Source: Paramecium tetraurelia | Lineage: Eukaryota | Direction of reading: 5' to 3' | Assembly (NCBI GenBank): GCA_000165425.1 | Contig: CT868208.1 | Span: 310,001-374,000 of the forward strand | DNA length: 64,000 nt | Part shown: positions 14,868 to 27,525 of the stretch, piece by piece | Position numbering within the stretch: the stretch's first letter is position 1 | Layout of the letters: each line of letters opens with the position of its first letter | Notes under the pieces: generated by a model | What the model saw: the letters and a program-made list of their open reading frames with translations, nothing else | What the model was told of the DNA's origin: nothing | Database searches by the model: none | Translations under genes and position numbers: made by a program

Positions 14868-15104
14868 TTTATAACAGATAAATTTTAATTATTCTAAATC
14901 GCGCAACTCAAACTATCCCAAATAGCACTAACCATAAAATAAAAAATCAGTGAAAAACTTATTACAACTATGGGTTTGAATGATGTTTATCAATTCATCT
15001 ATATTAAATTACATATAAATATCTAATTGATTTATTGATTTGAATAGATCAAATGAGTCTCTTTCATATGGTAAGAGTATTTATAAAAATTATGAAAATA
15101 AAAG

Positions 15105-16643
15105 TCATATATCTAAGAATTCTTATAAGGATAGTCTCCCATCTTTGTCTTTATCGTAAGCATTGATAAGAAGCATTGCTTCATGATGGGTGTATCTAAG
15201 CCCGCTTTCATAAAGATATTATTGAAGCTAAATCTAATACAAGTACATACATCTGAAACTCCTATAAAATTGTCTCTTGTAATGCCATCAATTTTATTGA
15301 ATAATTGAATGTCTGCATTTAATTTCACTGGAATTAATTACAATAAAGTTAATAGTTCAATCAGTAATTCAATAGTCTAATTGCTAAATAGCTCACTCAT
15401 CTTTTTCTTATATCCATCCTCACTTGGTTATCTTGTATTGAGTATTTCAGCAAAATTAGCAGATTAAGGTTGAAGCAGAATTAAAAAATCATGATATGTC
15501 AGTTAGTCACTGTTGAATCTATTAAAAATGTGCATACTTTAACCTGCCTTTTAATTAAGTAAAGTGTCAATTTCTTCTTTTCCTATTGATCCTTTGCTAT
15601 AAACATCCAAGGTTCTAAAAGCATCCAAAGCATTAAAATCTTTTTACAATGCTAGCTATTTTTTTATTTTTTCTATCTTAATTTCTTTATCCATGAGATA
15701 TTCAATAATTTCTTAAGGCTACTTTGATTTAATTTTTGATTAAGTATTAGCAGTCTTTTTATTGGTTTGTACTTCTATAATCTTTTTCTTCTCACTTTCT
15801 CCTTCTTATTTTTTTGAAGTCACTTTCCCTCTAACACCTTATTTTTGAGTTTAAGGCGTAGCCACTTTTTTTTTAGATTTTTACCTTTGCATCAAATTTC
15901 TTTTTTGAGGAGATACATTCATAAATCTAGCTGTTTTTTTCAGAGATTCCTTTTTATCCGTTGTCTTAATTGAATTCTAGACTTGTATTTACTTTTTAGG
16001 AGTTACAAATGCAGAACAGGATTAGTTTTCCTATTTGTTTTTGGTTTGCTTATTCAGGACAAGGACCCAATTCTTTAACAATAATAAATCAATTTAACCA
16101 TCGCCATAAAAGTCTAATCTCTTGACCATAGCATCGATTTCATCTTGATAGACAAATAATCTTTCCTTTTTAAACAAGGATTCAATATCTTCTCTAGTTC
16201 CATCAGTTAATTTATCTATTGATTAGGGAGGAAGCAAATTATTCATTAAGACAATCTCTAAGCTAATATGTTTTGCTATTTCCTTTAAGCATTCATTGGA
16301 TTAGTAGGATTGTTAATCTGAGTGAGAGATATAATCTCTTAACAGCTGATTTGTTGGAAGTAGAAATCTTAAGAAATCTACATATTTAAATTCTGGCTTG
16401 TAGAATAATATGCCACATTCCTTGAGAGTGTGCAAATAGCCAAATCGATGTAGGAAAACTTATATTGTTTATGCTGTGATGTAACCCTAAAAATCATAAC
16501 TATCACAATACATCATTAAGTTGATCAATTTATTTAAAAGCCTGGTAAGGATGAAAAGTAGGGAATTTAGTTAGAAATTACCTACTTATTTCGATGGTTC
16601 TTTCGATTTTTGCACATTCCATTAGAAAATCCAATAATTCCAT
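15105..16643 (-). CDS. Multi-EF-hand calcium-binding protein (start codon uncertain)
   Basis: EF-hand-like loops DSYDFQGYITAQ, LDFYGDGQID, AFRTLDVYSKGSIGKEE and terminal YDKDKDGRLSLQEF; low-complexity K/T/P-rich central linker. Confidence 0.7.
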
Positions 16644-16942
16644 TTAAACAAACAAAATAAATATTAGTATTAGAGGCTAATAATTTACATAAAACATAGC
16701 TAGTTCTTGTTTAAAATGTTTACATTATTTAAGTAGAATTGTTTTAAGGGAAATTCGATCAAATACAGGGTTGATTTCATTTACTTTTCATAATGAAAAT
16801 TTAAGAACTGAAGAACTTTTTGTTCTCTTTAATTCAGACGCAAAGTGAATATTGTTTAAGGATTGAGTCTAGGTGTAGAGAAGAATAGTCTGAATGATAA
16901 ATTTAAGATAATATATTCATAACAAATTTGATTAATAAAGAA

Positions 16943-18292
16943 ATGAAGAGAAACAACAGTTCTTTTGGATAATAAGAAGCTGTTTACCATATTTCAAAAC
17001 CAAATTCAATGTAAGAAATAAATTGTAAGACATTTAAAATACATAAGCATCAATCTGCATAAGTTAGGGTTATTAATAGAATAGTTCATTAAATTAGTTA
17101 TATGCAAATAGGTTCCTAGGCGAATGGAACGAGGATATGTATACAGTTACAAGAAAATACGTACCCACATACACTAATGGTTTGAATTTATACACTACAT
17201 ATTGTTCTCCACAAAATCCGATTGCTACTATTGTGATCATACATGGCTATGGGGATCATTCAGGGAGATATTTTCATGTATTCTATCCTATTAATCTGAT
17301 TAGGTTGCTGATGAGTATGCTAAATTAGGCTTTTAGGTTATTCTGTATGACTAAAGAGGATTCGGAAATTCTGGAGGAATTAGAAGTCATGGTCACATCA
17401 AATAGATGCACCAAGATCTAGAATGCATCCTATTGACCATAGAAAGATCCTAACCAATCTTCTTACAATGCTAATCATTGGGAGCTGCAGTTGGATTAAG
17501 TTTTTGTATTTCGAATCCCTCCTTGATTCTTTAAGGAGTCATAGTTGTTAACCCATATCTGAAATTTGCTTAGAAATACGGAATCCTCAAGAAGATGCTA
17601 CTAACATTGATGAATAAGATGATTCCAGTAAAATACAAATAAATCATAGGGATTGATGGTCAATTCCTATATAGATTTTGGGCATTGCAGTAAAAATAAC
17701 AATGTCATCAAAACAGTAGCTGAGGATAGTCTAGTCCAGCCATTTATGAGTATTGGGATGGCTTATAATATATTGTAACTAGAATAGTATATATTGCCTA
17801 ATGTACAATCGTAAAGAATTGCTCAATCCTTTTAGATTTGCTTAACCACTCTTAATTTTACATGGCAAAGAGGACAAAGTGGCTAGTCATATGAATTCAG
17901 TTGAGCTTTATCGACTTGCTGGATCAAAGGATAAAACCTTAAAGTTGTTCGATAAAGGATTCCATGAATTGCAAAATGATATTGAATTTGAGAGAGTCAA
18001 AAACCTAATAACCACCTGGTGTCAGAAATAAATAAACAAAGATAAAAGAATAAGTATTCTTTATATCGATTTAACCTAAGGCTATTTTAGAGAGTTAAAC
18101 CATGGTTTGGTAGCAAAACACACGAATAGTACAAAAATGATTCTTGTTTAATGGATATTGATATATTTTATGTTGAGAAAGTATTAATTATACCTTTAAA
18201 TTAGTAAAATGAAAAATCTTGGAGGATTAGCACGATTTGTTTGTATACTAGCTTTAATGATTGCATCACTGATTGTACACATTAGGTGGTGA
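16943..18292 (+). CDS. Alpha/beta hydrolase, monoacylglycerol lipase/lysophospholipase family, with C-terminal hydrophobic tail (start uncertain)
   Basis: IIHGYGDHSGRY, YDQRGFGNS, nucleophile elbow CQSLG, LILHGKEDKV, GFHELQND. Confidence 0.85.
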
Positions 18293-18601
18293 TTTATGAT
18301 TTTTATCTATTAAATTATGATGTAGCATTTTTTCTAAATTTATTTTATATGATAAATGGTAAAAGTATTCCACCAAAAATACAACACTACTAATTTAAAA
18401 GTTATAATATTGGGCTATTTGAGTTTAAATCAGTTTTACCAAAATTTCATTTAATTTTTATAATTAAATCTTTTTGATATCAGAATTTATGATATAGAAT
18501 ATTTTAATTTAATTAGAAGAAAATAATTCTGTTTATTCAAATTTGAAAGGCAAAATAATAATATTTATGATTCCAATATTAAAATTATAAAATAATTAAT
18601 A

Positions 18602-19024
18602 ATGTCAAATTTAGAAAACTTAATCAATAACTAAGAAGAGTAGTATGAATACAATAATGAAGATGATTTTGATTTTGATTTTGAAAATTTAGAGATGCCA
18701 TAGTTAGTAAGAAGAAATGGTGCTATTCAATAAGAAAATGTTTAAGGATACATAATCCTTGGCAACATGATAGATAAAATGTTTAAAGAGGAAGCATGTC
18801 CAATTTGTTTAAGTGAAGATGAAGAACTGTACCCGTTGTTTTGTGGTCATACTTTTTGCTAAAATGACATCAATAATTTGCTAACGGACTCCCAATCTAA
18901 GCAGAATGTCGTCTGTTGTCCTATATGCCGATAATACTAATTTATTGAGTCATTTAAAAAGTTATAGGAACTAAAAATTGCTTCAATAAATACAATTTAA
19001 AAAGACAACAATGTAACCTGTTGA
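18602..19024 (+). CDS. Small RING-finger protein (C3HC4-like variant)
   Basis: Intronless 140-aa ORF: acidic N-terminus then CPIC..CGHTFCQND..CCPICR. Confidence 0.85.
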
Positions 19025-19740
19025 AATTTAAACTGAAAATTTTGTTTTTGTATAGATAGTTATAGCCAATTAATAACTTATTTCCTCTTCAAATGTTTTA
19101 ATCTTCTATTTAAATTGAACCGGTGTTAAAATAAAATAAATTTTTATTATTTTATATCAAAACACGCATTATTCTTACCAAAAATTTTAAGAAAAAGAAA
19201 CTAAAACGCCTCCCCCTCCCTAAATTTTATCATATATTACTTCTTACACAAAGGGGTTTTTGTCAAAGTACTTTAAATTTTTCATAAAATTTATAAAAAT
19301 TTCTCCTAATTAAAATGCCGAATTTAAGGATTATTCCAATAAAAGAACAATTTTAATAGAATTTACCTTTAAATGTAGAAGGCAGCGACGATTTTACATC
19401 CATTTCACCTGATAATTTGTTAAATATCGTGAAGAATTAATCTATGCTTTTCTTTTCTAATTTAAAGTTAAGCATTGGTATAGTGGATGCTTATTTCTAT
19501 TCATAGTCATAGCTGGGTTAAAAGTTAAATATTAGTAATTTCTTATTAATAGCTAATTAGTAGCTCAAAACAGCTAAATCCATTTAAATTTTATTATTTC
19601 CTCATTTGGGGTATCATTTAAAAAGATTTATCTGTATGGAATACAATATAGAGACTTTTTAAAGTGATTTAAAATTCTGTTTTATCACAATAAATATAAA
19701 AATATTGAAATAATTTAATTATCAACTGATAAGTTAATAA

Positions 19741-20133
19741 ATGAGTTAGCTGTTCTCAAATACTACTAATAATGAAAATATTATATAAGAGGATGAAGAT
19801 TTATCTGATTATGATGATGTAGAACTTCCAAGAATGCAAAGGATGAATGCTTTAATTGTCATTGAGTAGAAAATAGAATAATAAATCCAGAATTTTGTTC
19901 CTAAAAAATATACTAAAATTTATTATTCTGAAAATTGTCCAATATGTTTAGAAAAAAAATAACTTATTCCCCTAGAATGTGGACATACCCTTTGTTTTGA
20001 AGATTTTTAAGAATTAATCACTTAGGCAAGAAAGGAAAATCGAAATATTTCATGCTGTATTTGTAGAACTGAACTGAATCCCTGTGTTTAATCGAATAAC
20101 TAGTTGTAAGATTCTCTCGTAATTGTCAGATGA
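19741..20133 (+). CDS. Small RING-finger protein, diverged tandem paralog of 18602-19024
   Basis: CPIC..CGHTLCFED..CCICR with the same acidic N-terminus; frame stays open upstream to an ATG at 19315. Confidence 0.82.
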
Positions 20134-20188
20134 AAACGTTGTAAATGGGCTTGATTATTTCTATTAGATAATAATTTATATAAGATTA

Positions 20189-22427
20189 ATGTTTCATTAA
20201 AAATAATCAAATAGACCTATAAAAGAAATTAACCAAGAAAAATGCTTGAATTGCAACAAGTATATAAATTCTACTCTGCTCCGTAATCATCAAGCTATTT
20301 GTGCTGTGACTATATCCCACAAGGATTAAGAAATGTTGGATGAGCATTTAGCTATGCTTATTCAATAAAATAAAATAGAATCTAAGATATTTATGTAGCC
20401 AAACCCCCCTGATACTCTGCAATAATTTACAAATTAACACGAATTTTAGGTCGAAAAGAGGGAAGTTCCAGCTTAAATAAAAAATGTTTTCTAGTCCAAT
20501 AAGCCGATAGCCTAATGTAGAGATGTTAACTATAGACAAGTAAGAATGCATTAAAAAAACCTAGGATTAAATAGTATATAATGGCGATTTAAAATTCTAA
20601 TAGAATGAATTAAAAAATAAACACAACATCTCTATTTAAGAATACGTTGAAAACACCACATAAAAAACGGATTAAAATCCATAATAAACCTAATAAAATG
20701 TGGTATTTAATACAGCCTAATCTTAAGCTTAAGCTTTTAAAAATTTATAAAAATGTGCTATTTAATAAGTGTAATAATAAGATCTTGCTTAAAGAGATCC
20801 TAATTATTAAAAATTTAATCAAATTCAAACTAATCTTGAAAATCACCCAGCAGGGAATCCTTAAATAAATATTTAGCAAAGTAGAAACGATCATATCATT
20901 AATAATAATTAAAATTCAAGAAATTTTCAAGTTCAAAAATAATAATAACCAAGAGCTCTTTTGTAAACTAATCGTATATATTTAAATGAAGAATTTAATA
21001 CAAATAGATAAATATCAGAAGAGAAAAAAATAGAGAATAGTTAATTCGATCCAGATAATTAATTTAATTAATTCAATTAATTTAATGATCTATATATTAA
21101 TTAAATGAATTAAGATTATCCATAAAATAGTCATTATGAAAAACAATCAATAAAGGATAAATATTCCAATTAAGATGCTCATTAATATCATTAATACCAA
21201 GATGTTTAATCGAATTAAAAAGTTATTCCCTCTGATTACTATTAGCTTAGAAAACCTAGAATATTTCAACCAATTCCAAATGAATAATAATATTAAAAGC
21301 CTCCATAATAATAATAATAATATTATTAAGTATAATAATATAAATAATAATAATAATAGTAATAATAATAGTATTAATAATAGTAATAATAATATTAATA
21401 ATAATCGTAATAGTAATAATAATAGCAATAGTAACTGTAATAATAATAATTGTAGTAATTGTAATAACAGAAATAATAATTATAGCAGTAATAGTAGAAA
21501 TAACATTAATAATAAAAATAATAGTCATAATAGTAATAATAATAGTAATAATAGCAGTAATAGTAATAGTAGCAGTAATAGTAGTAGTAGTAATAGCAAT
21601 AGCAGCAAAATTAACAATAATAGAAATAATAGTCATAAAACCAATAGCAATAGAACAATTAATAATTCTAACAACAATAATAATAATAGTAGCCATAAAA
21701 ATAAGCTCAAATTTAATAAGGTCAGAAAGAATAACATTAAAACCCCTAATTATAGCATGATAGATATTCTAAATAACATGTTTAAAATAAAATTAACTCA
21801 GAAGAATCAAAAAATATTGATTTCCAAAATTAGCAATAAATAATAGTTAAATAAATTATTTTAGAGGAAAGACCTCCGATCTAAAAAGTTAGCATTGATT
21901 ATAAAAATATCTAGAATGTTAGAAGGAACGAACCTTATACCTATTAAAAGTACTAAAATAAATAGAGGTATTTATGCATCCTTATAAAAAGTTAAAAATA
22001 ACCTCCTATTAGATAAGAGTAAAATAAAAAAAAGGCTAATTCATCTAATAAGAATAGAACAATAAATGAAGACATAGTTTATAAATAATTTGAATACATA
22101 CCAGGCATGACTCTTACTGATGACCTCGTGAATTAAATGTCTCCTGAAGAAATTTATGAATTGTTTACTCAATTAGATTTAGATAATTAAGTTGGACTGA
22201 CAAGCTAAATAGATTTATTAGATTACAAAAGAGTTTAAATAAATATCACGGATAGTTGCACTATTTGCATGGATGATATATAACCCCAAAAGGAAGCTTT
22301 CGATGTAAGGTTGGATTGCAATCATCAATTCCACTATGATTGTATCAGGTAATGGTTGATGAAATAAAAATTCTGCCCAGTTTGTAAGGAATTTGTAGAC
22401 TTTACGAATTACTAAAATCTTGAATGA
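20189..22427 (+). CDS. Gln-rich RING-H2 E3 ligase-like protein with N-terminal CxxC..HxxxC zinc motif
   Basis: N-terminal CLNC..NHQAIC; one 25-nt intron (20540-20564) restores frame; C-terminal CTIC..CNHQFHYDC..WL..CPVC. Confidence 0.88.
21285..21700 (+). repeat. Imperfect (TAA/TAG/CAA)n trinucleotide tract encoding poly-glutamine
   Basis: Long TAA/TAG-rich run in frame with the RING-H2 gene; appears as poly-N/I/L in the standard-code ORF track. Confidence 0.9.
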
Positions 22428-22533
22428 TTAATAAAACAAATAAATTATTTTTAAATTTGTATGACGCACATTTATTTTAGTAATAAGTATTCTTTTGAAA
22501 AAAATAAAATATAATATAAATTTGAAATTGGAT

Positions 22534-23714
22534 ATGCAATAGATTTCTCCAGAGGTTGAGCACTACCTACAAGAAGCAGTAAAGCCACTCCTTGAGAAAA
22601 TTGAGGAATTAAAATAAAAGGATTAGTAGAATGAAGATCAGATCAAATTTTTGATTGGAGAAATCGGTCAACTCAAGACATTAGTCTCTACTCTGAAGCC
22701 AGTTGAGGATAAAAGTATCACGATAATAATTATAATTAGAATAAGGAAAGTAATAATAGAAACAAGAAAGTAATGGTAACAATAATGGTAAAAATGATTA
22801 TATCTGGAAAATTAGATCATAAAAAGCCAGATCGCCCTCAAACAGCAATTTAACAAAAACCTGAGCAAAATAAATAAAAGGAACAAAAGCCATAAACTGG
22901 AAACAAGAATTTAAGCCAAAGCGTAGTAGTAGATAAGTCAACTAAGAATGAAGCGGAAAACAGTAAATTGATCATTAAAACTTAGCTACTTCTAAATCTC
23001 CAAGATAATCTGTCGAAAAACAAACTAAAACTACATAATAACAATAGTAGTAACCTCAATAGCCTAAACCTAAACCTGCTAAGTAACCAGAATAAAAGGA
23101 CTAAAAGGAAACAAAGACTTCCAATTAAGGTATATCCTAAATTTGATTTAGATTAACCGTAAAAATAAGCAAATAATCAGAAGGAAGATAAGAAGGATGA
23201 TAAAAATAAACCAAATAAATAACCTTAAGCTCCATAAACAGATAAAACTAAAGAGCCACCTAAAAAGAATGAAAAACAACCAGAATAGAAATCAAATGGA
23301 GCATAAAAAACTACAAATCCTAAATAGCCAGAAAAAAAAGTGGAAGCCAAATAAGATGATAAAAAAATAGTTAAAAAAGGTTCAAAGGTTGTATCTTAAG
23401 GTGGAAATTAACATTAAACTGATGAATAATTCTAATAACAACAATAGAAAGCATCAGTACCTTAAGAATAGCATTCAGCTGAGAAATCCTCTAAAGAAAC
23501 CCATTCTGAATAGAATGAACAATAATAAGAAAATCATTAAGAATTAGTTAATGAATAATAGGAAGTTGTTTAACATTAAGAAGAATAGAACTAATTTTAG
23601 AATAATAACCATTAAGAACATAAAGAGGATGAAGATTTGTTAGCCGATGATCATTAGAATGAAATTTAAAAAAGCGAACCAATCTAGGAGAATCAATAGC
23701 AGGATATGTTTTGA
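22534..23714 (+). CDS. Hypothetical protein: N-terminal coiled coil and Q/K/E/P low-complexity tail
   Basis: Open table-6 frame MQQISPEVEHYLQEAVKPLLEKIEELK..., short GT..AG introns near 22716, 22963 and 23130. Confidence 0.7.
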
Positions 23715-23786
23715 GTTTATTAAAAGTTATAGTGGAGAAAATACATTATATTATTATAAATATATATATATTTGCAAGCTGATTAT

Positions 23787-24375
23787 ATGCAAAGTGATTA
23801 TTAATTAAGTAGATTTAGAGATAATGATGGTATGATGGATTTTAAGTCAGATGTATTGTTTTATTTTAGAATAGTTTTTATAAAGGATTCAAAAGAATAA
23901 TTTAAGAATGTAAGTGTCTGAGAGAAAAATGAAAGATGGAACTATTAAACAAAAAGTCAGATTTACTCCCATGTCTACAGCCGATTATATTGGGGCTTGG
24001 GCAATCGCAATGTTAAAGAGTCTAATCTTGATATTTTTTTTGTTTATTGCCTACTAAATTTATTAGGATATTTAAGCTAATATAGAGATTTCAAAGACAA
24101 AGACTATGATTGAGATGAAAAATTGTGGAGTAGAATATGAATAAAATTAATGTTCAGAACACTTTTTTATTGATTCAATGGCCTAAAGATGCAAGGAGCT
24201 GGAAATTTGTATCAATTAAGATATCGAAATGAAAGTAAGAACTAAACAGCTTTGGCTTAAGGTACTTGGAAATTCATTCGAAAATATATTCGAAGACCTT
24301 TCATACAAGACTTGTGTAATGCTTACTTTAATTGCAATTACCCTAAGTGTCGTATTTATTAAATATTAATCATGA
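23787..24375 (+). CDS. Brr6/Brl1-family nuclear envelope protein
   Basis: Two hydrophobic segments flank CGVEYEQNQC..RCKELEIC, matching the four-cysteine CxxxYxxNxC...CxxxxxC pattern of Brr6/Brl1. Confidence 0.72.
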
Positions 24376-24422
24376 ATATAACTCAGTTTTTTAATATTTG
24401 TTCTCAATTTTAATATCATTAA

Positions 24423-25206
24423 ATGTTTCGAGGCAACTTTAATCGATAATCCCTTAAGCCGTAAGTGGTTACTTTTTAATACGTACTAGATTAAATCAAT
24501 GTTCTTGATCACAGAGCTCTCAGTGTAATGATTAATATCAATGTAGCTATTACAAAAAATGGTTAACCCATCTTAAATGAATATTTTTGCAACTGCTGCT
24601 CTTGTCTCATTGTTTGCAGGACTTATTCGAGAGATACCATGTGAATTATTGGATGAAAAAGTAAATCAATTTATAAACATAGAAACTCAATTGGAGTTTA
24701 TTAAACATGTTTTTAAATGATGTTGAGAAATTCTTAGAAAATTTAAGGAAATTCAAAGACTTTATTAATAAAAATTAGATTACATCTAAAAATATGCAAA
24801 TTGCTAATTATTGGATTCAAAAATATAATGAAATATAATAGGAGTAAAATAGATTCATAAACTTAGTAATTAATATTCAGTATCATATGCATTCATTTAA
24901 ATAACCTAAATGGTCATAAAACTTGACAAATAAATTAATTAAAGATTGCCATCAAGTCCAGCTAGGTCCTTGTCTGCATCACCAAGTCCAAAGATGAACG
25001 ACAATGATGATATCGATGAAATTGATGAACTTAAATCATAAGCTGAAAGAATAAGCGTCAAAGATCCAGTCAAACCGAAAGGATTGAAACTACAATTAGT
25101 TCCAAATAAACCTATCTAATCAACCGTTGGACATAAACACACTTAAAGTCAATAAATTAAACAAATCCAATCTATTCACGCCCCAGTAGTACCAAAAAAG
25201 AAATGA
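24423..25206 (+). CDS. Hypothetical protein, possible dynein microtubule-binding-domain-like region (exon structure uncertain)
   Basis: Spliced frame LQKMVNPSQ..AALVSLFAG..NWSLLNMFLNDVEKFLENLRKF followed by a S/P/K-rich tail ending PVVPKKK-TGA. Confidence 0.55.
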
Positions 25207-25838
25207 CAGTAATGATTATAAATCTTAAAATATTTATTTTGAGTGTATGAATATCATTTTTTTTTCAAAATTAAGATTAATGAAAATATATGCAATTCAT
25301 AATCTATTAAACTGTTCATCTTATAGCAATCTAGAAATACCATTTTATATAATAACAAATATGGACACTCTAATTGAATAAATAACTTGAGATTTTAGTT
25401 TTTTAGATATGATTGATAATCTTTTTTATGACACAAATAAGTAAAAGGAAAAATAAAATTGATTTTTTATTTAGAAATAATTCAGTCTCAAGTATTTTCA
25501 ATTATAATGGTCTGATCCATTTTTATCCGATGTTTTAATTAGAGAATAGAAGTAAGGTGCATATTAAAAAATAAAAATAACTTTAAAAAAAATAAAGTTT
25601 AGTTATAAGTTTTAAGATTAAAGAATTGGAAAAACAATTTTAACTTGCAGTTTGGTTAATTAAGGAAAAGGAATCAAGCCATTTAAAATCGTATGAGCAT
25701 CTTAACTAATCAGTATGCTTCAAAAAGATCGAAAATCTTTCTATTTTGAAAAGTCAAGAGGGTATCAAAAATAAACTAAAGCAAACTTTTTTGACAATCA
25801 TTACCACTTACATGATACTGTTATTTTATATTTATAAA

Positions 25839-27512
25839 TCAATCTATAGAATTATGCAATAACTAATTAACTTTGATTCTTTAACCTGAATAGTTTTGTT
25901 ATAAATTTAGATAGAACATACTATCTCTAGGGGCTATTTATTTATTTAAATTACTTTTATTGTATTTTAATTAAGGTATGAGCGAGAAAGGAGGGTCATC
26001 AATCTTATGAACGGAGGAACTTCTATACATTCTTTTCAACTACCTGATTATTGGTTTAGGAGTATGAAAATTCTATAATATATTATTCTATAAAGTTAAT
26101 TCTTATCTAGAACCACTGCCTAATTAATTGTTGGATTGCAATTATTATGCAGCCAATCCTAAAGAAAATTGTTATTAAACCATAATTTGAGAAGTATTCG
26201 GCCTGATTTATTGTGATTTTGTTTATTCTGATTTTCTATCCATTTATCTTGTTTTTGTTTAACGCAAAGCATTTTGTTGTTATTTTGAGGAATTCTATTA
26301 TTAAACTAGCATTTTTTGTTAACTTTTTTAAAGTAAAATATATGGGTCAAAAGTTGAATCCATATGATTCATAGAATTTGAATTATTTAATTGGCTTTGA
26401 TCTTGTCGTTTCTTAACCTTAAGATGTTTTTATCTGAAGTATTATTAAATGAATGTAGGCATTTTTTTATAAGATAGGTTTCCTAATAGAGCTCCAAACT
26501 GATCATCATTAGTTTAGCTTTGTTAATCCTGGCAGGCAGAAGGTTGTTTAGAAAGAACTTTGAAGGATATGGTTTTTTTTATATCCTAATTGAGCATTTA
26601 ATCCTTATTTGTATTTTACCAATTCTTTTCCAATTCATTGCATTTTTATTTATAAATTTCATCCCTTATAATAGTTCTATCTTTAAACATTTTACAGACT
26701 GATTGAAAAACTTAGGGAGATACATTTTTAAGTTGTTGTATTGATATCATTAAAAGAGATGCAGTCTTTGATATCACTTAAACGTTGTAAAGTGCTTTTT
26801 CTTATTAGGTGAATTCTTCTCCTAAAATGCCTTGATCATTTAATTCACATATAACAATTTCATTAAACCAAAATTTTCTGGGTAACACTTATTTTTCATA
26901 ATGAGAAAGTGCCTTCTAATAGTTTTTGCTTAAACTCAGAACTCCATATTGTAATATAAATAACGCATTTCCAGGTTCATCCATTTTCTAGATGAAGTCT
27001 GTATGCGCAAATTTGACTTCCTAGAAAAGTCGTATTAATTGTTCTTATATTTTAGGAGCAATTTTTTCTACTATAGGTAGATTGGCTATTAGTGATTTTT
27101 TCTTTTATTAATACAAAACGCCATGACTGGAGCTAAACTTTTTGTATAAATCAATTGGTAATGCAAAGCAATGAGTATCTTACTAATTTGAATATGAATA
27201 AAAAGAATACTTTAACTTCAAATCCTAAATCTCCTTCATACCACATTTCAGGTTGAATTTAGATGTTGTCTTCTGTTTAGAGCAATCCCTTAATTACATA
27301 GAATGCAAATTTATTATTTTGTTAGACTACTTGACCAGTTTCAAAATAAACATATCCTATGGTTTTGCACAACTATATTTCAGATTTATAAGTACGTCTT
27401 TTAAGACTTCATAAGGAGCTTGAAACTAAGGTAATTGACTCAGATGATCTTGAATAGCTGAGATGTCTTCCTGAGATTTGTTTAATTTAGTCAATTTTGG
27501 AATTAAATGCAT
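25839..27512 (-). CDS. Protein with two degenerate cyclic-nucleotide-binding (cNMP) domains and Q-rich tail
   Basis: KSQEDISAIQDHLSQLPQF lead-in helix; DFIQKMDEPGNALFILQYGVL..GILGEE beta-roll pattern. Confidence 0.7.
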
Positions 27513-27525
27513 AATAATATATATT

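Noticed and set aside
21147..21843. Poly-N, poly-I and poly-L ORFs in the supplied track
   Set aside because: They are off-frame or antisense readings of the TAA/TAG poly-Gln tract
25409..25749. Possible small + strand gene
   Set aside because: Needs an assumed intron and has no recognisable motif; cannot be supported
25780..26440. Apparent + strand membrane protein with in-frame TGA (TGA=Trp recoding or pseudogene)
   Set aside because: It is the antisense of the Q/K-rich tail of the minus-strand cNMP gene, whose frame is fully open
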